DNA of 13,398 nt from Nitrospira sp. (GCA_005239945.1 SBAY01000326.1:1-13398); one strand, 5' to 3'. Positions 6,016 through 12,270 are shown, counted from the first letter of the stretch. Notes: generated by a model not told the origin, from the sequence alone. A program made the numbers and translations.

Positions 6016-8505
6016 ATGCAAACACGAATAGGGCCCTTTTTTATTCTTCTGGGCATAACACTCCTATTTTTTGTCAATGCCTTATCTTCTGATTGGACCT
6101 TTGGCTACGGTGATATCCATCGCTATTTTTACCCAATTCGCTATTTTACCGCCTCCTCAATGAAAGAGGGTTTTCTGCCGTTGTGGAATCCGTATCTGTT
6201 TGCCGGCATTCCTAACTTAGCTGCCTTACAACCGGCGGTATTTTATCCGATTTCCATCCTACCCTATTTGTTTCCATTTTTTTATGGAATAGAACTTTTT
6301 ATCATTGTGCACTTCTTTTTAGCCAGTTTATTTACCTACCTGTTAATGAGGCATTTTAAGGTAAGCCGAGCAGGCGCCTTAATTTCAGCACTCACCTATG
6401 GTTTTGGTGGATTTCTTCTATCCGTAGTTGATATGCTCACCACGCTAAGTGCGGCTACCTGGACGCCGCTTATCTTCTTATGCTATCTTAAGGCGTTGGG
6501 GTCAGACCTTGAATATAGTAAGGCGTTGGGGTCTAAGGCGTTGGGGTCAGACCTTGAATATAGAATTTGCACACAAACGCAAATTCTATATTCAAGGTCT
6601 GACCCCAATCTTGCCAATCTTGTCTTCACCGGGCTATTTTTGGGAATCCAGTTTTTAGCCGGTGAACCCACCCAACTGTATGGCACTTTAATTACCTTGT
6701 CGCTATATACGGTGGCAAAGGCCTGGCAAATGTGGCGGCAAAAAGGGGAAAAGGAAAAAGTGACAAAAGCAAAACTGGTTAAGTTCTGCTTTCAAGGTTT
6801 GACCCCATGGCTTATTTGTTTAGGACTAACCCTTTTTCAGGTATTGCCTTTTTTGGAAATGGTTTTGCACTCAACCAGAACATCAGGGCTTAAATTCACC
6901 CATGCGACAAGCCTGTCATTGGGTCCACATGAATTACTAAACTTAGTCTTACCTTACTGGAGCGGTAATTTTATTGAAAAAAGTCATTTCTGGTTTGGAC
7001 AATCATGGTTAGAGAGTATCTACCTGGGGATTTTGCCCTTATTATTTGCCCTGGTAGCCATTGTTTTTGGACGGAAAAAAAGGATAGTGCTGTTTTTTAC
7101 CGGCATAATCTTTATTTTCTTGTTGCTTTCCTTTGGTAAGCTACTCCCCCTGTACAAGACACTTTATCAATATTTACCCGGCTTTAGCATGATTAGATAC
7201 CCGGTCAAATTCTTCTCGTTTGTTGTCCTGGGCATTAGTGTCCTGGCTGGCTTTGGGTTGGATAGGTTAGACGGCTCGGTCAAGTCAAACAAGTCTAACC
7301 TGTCCGACAAAATCTTAAAATTATTCTCTGGTTTTCTCTTGATTTATGCCGGTAGTTTTCTGGTCTTTTTTCTGAATCAACAACGGATTATTCCCTTTTT
7401 AAAGGAGATTTATTTCCCAGAAGCTCTGGATATTTATGTAGCGGCCTGGGCAGATAGTTTGTCAGGAAATTTTATGCTCGTTTGTCTGATTACCCTGGCC
7501 GGTATTCTGCTTATTTCTTTATTATTTAAGGGAAAAATCTCAACAAGGGTATTTAATCTGGGAATAATAGGCCTGGTGATTATAGACTTATTCATCTTTG
7601 GTATGAGAATCAATCCGCTTGTTCCGCAGAAAATTTATGCCTACAAGTCCCCTGCTTTAAGGTTTTTGTTACAGGATACCGATTGTTACCGCATCTTGTT
7701 AGAGCCAAAATCCGAGAGATATTTTCGAATCATCCGTGGCGAGACATTGGAAGATGCCCTGGTTGGTGTCCAGAATTCATTGGTCTCCAATTACGGGCTT
7801 TTTTATAAAATTTTTGATGCCCAGGGGTATGAATCCCTGACCTTAAACGATTACACCCGATTTTTAAAGCTGGTTACGGAACAGGGCGACTGGAATTTGT
7901 TGGATGTATTGAATATTAAATATGTGGTCTCTAAATTTGACTTGAAAATGAGGCAGTTAAAGTTAGTCTATGAGGATGAGTCAATTAAGATATACTGGAA
8001 TACTACCTGTTTGCCAAGGGCATTCTTTGTCCCAAAGGCAAGGGTAATCAGGGATAGACAAAGGGTATTGGAGGAGATGTCAGGTGTAGATTTTGACCCG
8101 CGAAAAGAAATAATTCTGGAAGAAAAAATTCGAAATCCAAATAAATTTTCGATTTTCGATTTTCGATTTTCGATTTCTTCAATCCAAAATCCAAAATCCA
8201 AAATCCAAAATCCTCGAATAATAGATTACCAGCCGAATAAAGTCATCATCACCGCTTCCTCGCCTGGTGCTTGCCTTTTATTCCTGAGCGACACCTATTA
8301 TCCTGGCTGGCGGGCTTTTATAGACGGTAAGCCGACAAAGATATATCGAGCAAACTATACCTTTAGAGCCATTAGTTTTCCTGAGGGTAGTCATACGGTA
8401 GAATTCGTTTATCTGCCTTTGAGTTTCTTAGTCGGAGTTATTGGGAGTGGGATAACGGTGTTTATATCGATAGGATTAATTTTAATGTGGAGGAAGAGAG
8501 GTTAA
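6016..8505 (+). CDS. YfhO-family polytopic membrane protein (putative glycosyl/lipid transferase)
   Basis: 829 aa. The N-terminal region (WTFGYGDIHRYFYPIRYF, LPLWNPYLFAGIPNLA, LLMRHFKVSRAGALISALTYGFGGFLL) matches the conserved YfhO N-terminus. It has many TM helices and a large C-terminal soluble domain. The ATG at 6016 directly abuts the TAG of the K+ channel gene (gtTAGATGcaa), indicating translational coupling. Confidence 0.7.
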   Translation: MQTRIGPFFILLGITLLFFVNALSSDWTFGYGDIHRYFYPIRYFTASSMKEGFLPLWNPYLFAGIPNLAALQPAVFYPISILPYLFPFFYGIELFIIVHFFLASLFTYLLMRHFKVSRAGALISALTYGFGGFLLSVVDMLTTLSAATWTPLIFLCYLKALGSDLEYSKALGSKALGSDLEYRICTQTQILYSRSDPNLANLVFTGLFLGIQFLAGEPTQLYGTLITLSLYTVAKAWQMWRQKGEKEKVTKAKLVKFCFQGLTPWLICLGLTLFQVLPFLEMVLHSTRTSGLKFTHATSLSLGPHELLNLVLPYWSGNFIEKSHFWFGQSWLESIYLGILPLLFALVAIVFGRKKRIVLFFTGIIFIFLLLSFGKLLPLYKTLYQYLPGFSMIRYPVKFFSFVVLGISVLAGFGLDRLDGSVKSNKSNLSDKILKLFSGFLLIYAGSFLVFFLNQQRIIPFLKEIYFPEALDIYVAAWADSLSGNFMLVCLITLAGILLISLLFKGKISTRVFNLGIIGLVIIDLFIFGMRINPLVPQKIYAYKSPALRFLLQDTDCYRILLEPKSERYFRIIRGETLEDALVGVQNSLVSNYGLFYKIFDAQGYESLTLNDYTRFLKLVTEQGDWNLLDVLNIKYVVSKFDLKMRQLKLVYEDESIKIYWNTTCLPRAFFVPKARVIRDRQRVLEEMSGVDFDPRKEIILEEKIRNPNKFSIFDFRFSISSIQNPKSKIQNPRIIDYQPNKVIITASSPGACLLFLSDTYYPGWRAFIDGKPTKIYRANYTFRAISFPEGSHTVEFVYLPLSFLVGVIGSGITVFISIGLILMWRKRG
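6490..6606. repeat. In-frame MITE-like palindromic element inside yfhO: direct repeats AAGGCGTTGGGGTC(AGACCTTGAATATAG) at 6490, 6520 and 6535, then a perfect 28-bp inverted repeat GGGGTCAGACCTTGAATATAGAATTTGC / GCAAATTCTATATTCAAGGTCTGACCCC with loop ACACAAAC
   Basis: Read directly from the sequence. The arms are at 6543-6570 and 6579-6606 with the loop at 6571-6578. The element is about 117 bp, a multiple of 3. It is open in the yfhO frame, where it encodes KALGSDLEYSKALGSKALGSDLEYRICTQTQILYSRSDPN. It is also open in two other frames, as shown by track ORFs 6449..6658 (+) and 6483..6686 (-). Confidence 0.8.
8146..8209. repeat. Two adjacent heptanucleotide tandem tracts inside yfhO: (TTTTCGA)x4 then (TCCAAAA)x4
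   Basis: 8146-8173 is TTTTCGA repeated four times. The spacer is TTTCTTCAA. 8182-8209 is TCCAAAA repeated four times. Both lie in frame in yfhO and encode FSIFDFRFSISSIQNPKSKIQNPRII. A related TTCGAAATCC sits upstream at 8129. Confidence 0.8.
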
Positions 8506-9170
8506 CCGAAGACATGGTGGGCGCGGTAGCGACCGCATTTCTCTCGCTTTTCTGCTACCTCAAGTTCTCTTGTCAAACGCTTTAAAACCTGGGTATTTTC
8601 TTTAGAGGTATAAATATAGAATCCCAGATTAACTAATTTGTCATTTTTAAGATAATAAAAACCCTGATGTTGCGTTAAAGGATCAAGAACTAATGCGGTT
8701 TGCCAGAAATGATTAAAAAAGTTACTTTGGATAAATTTATCCTCTGGTGATAAAAATATGCCCAGACCCGGATGTGTATGGTACCAACCCAATAATTGCT
8801 TATCCTGATGGTATTCAGACATGATACTGTCAATCATCTTCCAAACCTCATGGGTAAAGATAAACTCACCACTTTTATGTTGAATTTCCTTGACCTCAAT
8901 AATATCGGTTATCTGGATAAAGGTGTTTTCTTTTTCACGCATTGCCTTTCCTACAAGAAAACCACCCACCTCGCGGTCAACCCTTTTCTTGGCATGTCTT
9001 CTAACTCTAATAAAGGCATTAACATCTATAAAGATTCTCAAGTCTTTGCCGTCTATCTCTCCCCAGGACAGCAAAGCGTATTTATCCCGTTGATTAATAG
9101 GCATAATCCCTTCTTTTGGACTAAAGTCATAAACAGGATTCAAATTTATACTTATATCCTTTTGCATCAT
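8502..9170 (-). CDS. JAB/MPN+ (JAMM) zinc metalloprotease / isopeptidase-like protein
   Basis: The conserved Glu lies in REVGGFLVGK. The JAMM motif GWYHTHPGLGIFLSPED follows the H-x-H-x7-S-x2-D pattern and is almost identical to the Rpn11/CSN5 signature GWYHSHPGFGCWLSGVD. The start is placed at the ATG at 9170 (MMQKD...), which has RBS AAAGGTGA 6 nt upstream. The predicted transcription start lies downstream of the track's first ATG at 9200. The stop overlaps the yfhO stop on the opposite strand (TTAA at 8502-8505). Confidence 0.7.
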   Translation of the reverse strand: MMQKDISINLNPVYDFSPKEGIMPINQRDKYALLSWGEIDGKDLRIFIDVNAFIRVRRHAKKRVDREVGGFLVGKAMREKENTFIQITDIIEVKEIQHKSGEFIFTHEVWKMIDSIMSEYHQDKQLLGWYHTHPGLGIFLSPEDKFIQSNFFNHFWQTALVLDPLTQHQGFYYLKNDKLVNLGFYIYTSKENTQVLKRLTRELEVAEKREKCGRYRAHHVFG

Positions 9171-9190
9171 CAATTCACCTTTTGACATAA

Positions 9191-9219
9191 ATATTAACAT
9201 AAAATATTCCCTGTGTCAA
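9191..9219 (-). promoter_or_regulatory. sigma70-type promoter for the JAB/MPN gene (minus strand: -35 TTGACA, 17-nt spacer, -10 TAATAT)
   Basis: Minus-strand reading is gaattttttgTTGACAcagggaatattttatgtTAATAT. The -35 is the complement of 9214-9219 and the -10 the complement of 9191-9196. It shares the AATTTTTT tract seen at the other promoters in this window. Confidence 0.55.
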
Positions 9220-9366
9220 CAAAAAATTCAGGACAAATGTTTTGGGAATAAGTCATATATGTTATATAAATCCTATTCTTCCCGAACTCCAAATCCCGCT
9301 AAAAACCGATGATAGAAAATTCCCACAAATAACCGATCGATTAGATTAAAGTAAATTTTTTACAGT

Positions 9367-10512
9367 CTAATGGCTGATATCACCTTGTTTAACTTTAAAT
9401 ATGCACGCCTCCTTTACAAAATCTGAACTTAACTCATCTAAATGTGTTGTGGTAATAAAAACCTGTAGGCTTGCTTTATTAATATCTTTGCCTATAAAAT
9501 TTAAAAGAGCCTCCCGTTTGATTTCATCTAATTCAGAGGTTATATCATCTAACAAAAGAATAGGGAGTTCTTGAGTATGGTGGTATTGATATTGAAGTTC
9601 GGTTAATTTCAAACAAATAGCTATTGTCCTTTGTTGACCTTGAGAGGCAAAATACCTGGCATTAATATTATTTATATAAAAGGAAATATCATCTCGATGT
9701 GGCCCAATTAAGGTTGTCTCCTGCCTTATTTCATTTTCTTGTCTAACTTTCAGTTTTTCTCTAAAATCTTCCTCAACCACACAAGGTTTATAATCAATTT
9801 TTATCTCTTGTCGATGGCCACTAATCTGGTGATAAATTTCATTGATTAAAGGATTCAATTCGTTGAGTAACTCTTGTCTTTTTCTTATAATTGGGATACC
9901 TGTTTCCACTAATTGGTCATCCCAGGCCTCTAATTCTTTTAAGTCTAATTCCATATGAGGCATTATGCCCCTGTTTCTTTTGAGCATGGATAATATTTGA
10001 TTACGCTGTTTAATGATTTTGAGGTATCTCTGAAGGTTGTATAAATAACTGGGTGATACTTGAGACAGTTCGATATCAAGGAATCGTCTCCGTATTGCCG
10101 GACTACCCTTGACAATTTCCAAATCCTCCGGCGAAAAGACAACTACCTTTAATTGTCCGATTAAATCTATTATCCTTGTCAGGGCTTTATTATTTATCCT
10201 AACCTTCTTTTGAAGGCTTGCCTTGTTAAGGCTTGCCTCGTTATTAGCGGTAAATGAGATATTAATCTGGGTTTCGGTGTTTTCTTTTAATATTTTACCA
10301 TTTAAAAATAATTCCACTTCCCCAAATTTAATTAACTGTTTATCCTGGTTTGTGCGGAAGGATTTTAAAATCCCAAGAAAATAAATTGCCTCTAAAAGAT
10401 TTGTCTTCCCTGCTCCATTTTCTCCGACAAAGATGTTTATCCTTGAATCAAAGTTTAAATTCAGCTCGTTAAGATTTCGAAAGTTTTTTATGGTTATTTC
10501 TTTTAAAAACAA
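9367..10512 (-). CDS. recF: DNA replication and repair protein RecF
   Basis: 381 aa. Walker A GENGAGKTNLLEAI and the RecF-type N-terminus (KEITIKNFRNL) are present. An ABC/SMC-like signature region and a C-terminal LLLDDITSELDE Walker B/D-loop follow. A TTG start at 10512 is preceded by RBS GAGGGGG. Confidence 0.9.
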   Translation of the reverse strand: MFLKEITIKNFRNLNELNLNFDSRINIFVGENGAGKTNLLEAIYFLGILKSFRTNQDKQLIKFGEVELFLNGKILKENTETQINISFTANNEASLNKASLQKKVRINNKALTRIIDLIGQLKVVVFSPEDLEIVKGSPAIRRRFLDIELSQVSPSYLYNLQRYLKIIKQRNQILSMLKRNRGIMPHMELDLKELEAWDDQLVETGIPIIRKRQELLNELNPLINEIYHQISGHRQEIKIDYKPCVVEEDFREKLKVRQENEIRQETTLIGPHRDDISFYINNINARYFASQGQQRTIAICLKLTELQYQYHHTQELPILLLDDITSELDEIKREALLNFIGKDINKASLQVFITTTHLDELSSDFVKEACIFKVKQGDISH

Positions 10513-10535
10513 TTGTCCCCCTCATTATCCTATAA

Positions 10536-10760
10536 CTTCAATTCAGACATTAGATTTCAGGCTTTAGACATCAGACTTTTCGGTTCTTGCGGGTTTTTTG
10601 TGGAAGTGAATGATTGTAGAAACCAAAAATAATTCAATGTCCAATGTCCAATTAGCAATTAGCATTTTAAAATTATTTCTTTCATTGATGATTACTACTG
10701 CACATTTTTCTTCTCTTAGTCTAAATGTCTGATGTCTATGGTCTAATGTCTGAATTGAAG
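10536..10760. repeat. About 225-bp element filling the recF-larB intergenic region, bounded by inverted heptamer-repeat arms (about 41 nt, TCAGACA/TTAGACA-type units) with internal (AATGTCC)x2 and (AATTAGC)x2 tandems
   Basis: The left arm is CTTCAATTCAGACATTAGATTTCAGGCTTTAGACATCAGAC (10536-10576). The right arm is GTCTAAATGTCTGATGTCTATGGTCTAATGTCTGAATTGAAG (10719-10760). Its reverse complement matches the left arm except for a 7-nt indel. No target-site duplication is evident. Confidence 0.6.
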
Positions 10761-10765
10761 AAGTA

Positions 10766-11533
10766 TTATGCCATTCTTTTAGTAATCATACCGGCAAAGT
10801 AACCTGCCCCAAAACCATTGTCGATATTTACGACGACTATCCCTGGAACACAACTATTCAGCATAGTCAATAATGCCGCTAATCCTTTAAAACTTGCTCC
10901 ATAACCTATACTTGTAGGCACGGCGATAATAGGAACATTTACCAATCCTCCAACCACACTGGCTAATGCCCCTTCCATCCCGGCCACAACAATAATTACA
11001 GAGGCTTGAGTGATTTTTTCTTTCTGATTTAATAATCTATGGATGCCCGCTACCCCAACATCATATAATTTTTCTACCTTTATGCCCATAAGTTCTACAA
11101 CTACCACCGCCTCTTCTGCCACAGGAATATCTGATGTCCCGGCAGTAATAACTAAAACAGGGGTTCGTGATAAATCCAAAAAAGGAGGGGAGTCAATTAT
11201 AGTTATTGTGCCGGCAAGTGGATTGTATTGTGCGCGAGCATCAATTTTATGGATAGCATTGTATAGTTCCTCAGAGGCTCGGGTAATCAAAACATTGCTT
11301 TTTTGTTTAAGCATTGACCTGGTAATCTCAATTATATCTTCTTTCCTTTTGCCCAGTCCAAAGATAACCTCTGGGAATCCCCTTCGTAAAGCTCGGTGAT
11401 GGTCAATACGGGCAAAAGAGGTAGAGCCTAATTCCTCATACGGTAGAAATCTCAATTTATCTAATGCCTCTTCGAGCCCTAATTTTCCTTCCTTAACTTC
11501 CGCTAATAAACTCTTAATCTGGTTTGCTTCCAT
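10766..11533 (-). CDS. larB: Nickel-pincer cofactor biosynthesis protein LarB (PurE-like carboxylase/hydrolase)
   Basis: 255 aa. The N-terminal LarB-specific region (LGSTSFARIDHHRALRRGFPEVIFGLGK) is followed by a PurE-like Gly-rich fold (VITAGTSDIPVAEEA, VAGMEGALASVVGG). RBS AAGGAAAAATT precedes the ATG at 11533. No larC or larE is present in the window. Confidence 0.8.
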   Translation of the reverse strand: MEANQIKSLLAEVKEGKLGLEEALDKLRFLPYEELGSTSFARIDHHRALRRGFPEVIFGLGKRKEDIIEITRSMLKQKSNVLITRASEELYNAIHKIDARAQYNPLAGTITIIDSPPFLDLSRTPVLVITAGTSDIPVAEEAVVVVELMGIKVEKLYDVGVAGIHRLLNQKEKITQASVIIVVAGMEGALASVVGGLVNVPIIAVPTSIGYGASFKGLAALLTMLNSCVPGIVVVNIDNGFGAGYFAGMITKRMA

Positions 11534-11552
11534 AATTTTTCCTTACTTGTAA

Positions 11553-11685
11553 CGGTTCAAGGTTCAAAGTTCAAGGTTCAAGGTTTTAGGATAGTAGCTA
11601 ATGAGTAGTGGGTAGCCAGGAAAATAGTTTTCCACAACCCATAACCCATCCTTGATTTTTCATTATTACCCTGAACCTTGAACCC
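11553..11685. repeat. Inverted heptamer arrays in the larB 5' leader: (GGTTCAA)x4-5 at 11553-11590 and the inverted copy CCCTGAACCTTGAACCC at 11669-11685
   Basis: Read directly from the sequence. The two arrays are reverse complements about 80 bp apart and can form a long hairpin. A small palindrome GGAAAATAGTTTTCC lies between them. Confidence 0.65.
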
Positions 11686-11694
11686 TTTCCAACT

Positions 11695-11724
11695 ATTATA
11701 CCAAATAATCTGAATTCATGTCAA
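11695..11724 (-). promoter_or_regulatory. sigma70-type promoter for larB (minus strand: -35 TTGACA, 18-nt spacer, -10 TATAAT)
   Basis: Minus-strand reading is aaaaattgaaTTGACAtgaattcagattatttggTATAAT. This places the transcription start at about 11688, immediately at the inverted heptamer array, so the arrays would be transcribed into a roughly 155-nt leader. Confidence 0.5.
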
Positions 11725-11737
11725 TTCAATTTTTTAT

Positions 11738-11767
11738 TTGACAAATTCATCTTAATTATGATAGAAT
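11738..11767 (+). promoter_or_regulatory. Candidate divergent promoter P1 (-35 TTGACA, 18-nt spacer, -10 TAGAAT)
   Basis: caattttttatTTGACAaattcatcttaattatgaTAGAAT. Its -35 lies 13 bp from the larB -35 on the opposite strand. The palindromic arrangement is TGTCAA...TTGACA. Confidence 0.4.
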
Positions 11768-11885
11768 ATGTTTTGTAAGGATAAAAACATTATAGAGGCT
11801 GATTTTCAAAGGGATACCGGCAAGGAGAAGAAACATAAAAACACCCTTTAAAAATAAAAAAAGATAACAAAAGATAAAAAATTGC

Positions 11886-11914
11886 TTGACAAATTTTTAA
11901 AAATATGTTATATT
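11886..11914 (+). promoter_or_regulatory. Strong sigma70-consensus promoter P2 (-35 TTGACA, 17-nt spacer, -10 TATATT, overlapping TATAAT)
   Basis: TTGACA at 11886-11891, a 17-nt A/T spacer, TATATT at 11909-11914, and TATAAT at 11914-11919. The predicted transcription start is at about 11921. Confidence 0.6.
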
Positions 11915-11936
11915 ATAATTGCTCACTTCTCCTTCG

Positions 11937-12000
11937 CCCAGTGCTGTAGATGTTCTTTAATAAAGAACTTAATTTACGGCACTGGGTTCTTTGTATTTGT
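11937..12000 (+). terminator. Terminator-like nested hairpin plus U-tract about 20 nt downstream of promoter P2; candidate small RNA 3' end or transcription attenuator
   Basis: The outer stem is CCCAGTGC (11937-11944) paired with GCACTGGG (11979-11986). The inner element is the perfect palindrome GTTCTTTAATAAAGAAC (11952-11968). TTCTTTGTATTTGT (11987-12000) follows. The segment before the stem is CU-rich, CACTTCTCCTTCGCC, which has anti-Shine-Dalgarno character. Confidence 0.45.
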
Positions 12001-12156
12001 AAGCGGTCAACCTTTAGATTGAAGTAATACTTCTTTTAGAAGGTATTAATCCAACCTGAAGGCTAATAACTGAACGCTTACTTTATTTTCTATTAAAAAT
12101 TCATCCCTGGAAGGGGGTTCTATATATATTTTAGAGAAATTAAGGAGATGATTAAA

Positions 12157-12270
12157 ATGGAATTTAGATGTTATTATTGCCAGACTCCTATAAACAGAGA
12201 AAATTATTTAGAGATAATGTTTAAAGGAGAAATAATTGGTTACATCTGTAAACAATGTCCAGAAAATTAA
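12157..12270 (+). CDS. Small zinc-ribbon protein (37 aa, two CxxC pairs); not in the provided ORF track
   Basis: Translation is MEFRCYYCQTPINRENYLEIMFKGEIIGYICKQCPEN. The two CxxC motifs are 22 residues apart. RBS AAGGAG (12142-12147) lies 9 nt upstream of the ATG. The stop TAA at 12268-12270 is 3 nt before the RBS of the next gene, which suggests translational coupling. Confidence 0.5.
   Translation: MEFRCYYCQTPINRENYLEIMFKGEIIGYICKQCPEN

Noticed and set aside
6449-6686. ORFs 6449..6658 (+) and 6483..6686 (-) spanning the palindromic element
   Set aside because: They are not independent genes. They exist because the palindromic element lacks stop codons in three frames. They are retained only as evidence about the element.
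7968-8201. 77-aa minus-strand ORF inside yfhO covering part of the heptamer tract
   Set aside because: It is an antisense shadow. Its openness follows from the repeat composition.
8796-9185. ORFs 8796..9185 and 8890..9093 on the plus strand
   Set aside because: They are antisense to the JAB/MPN gene and have no RBS.
9171-9200. First ATG of the JAB ORF at 9200
   Set aside because: The predicted transcription start from the TTGACA-17-TAATAT promoter lies downstream of it. The ATG at 9170 has an AAAGGTGA RBS.
9201-9366. Intrinsic terminator downstream of recF
   Set aside because: I searched the recF-JAB spacer for a GC-rich stem plus U-tract on the minus strand. Only short direct repeats (AACCGAT x2) and a CGATCG palindrome are present, with no convincing terminator.
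11043-11399. 118-aa plus-strand ORF inside larB
   Set aside because: It is an antisense shadow of larB.
11534-12156. Possible tRNA or other structured RNA gene in the 620-bp larB/zinc-ribbon intergenic region
   Set aside because: No GTTCGAATC-like T-loop or cloverleaf-compatible stems were found by eye. The TTCGAAATCC at 8129 is inside the yfhO coding sequence. Only the promoter-proximal hairpin at 11937-12000 looked like a credible RNA element.
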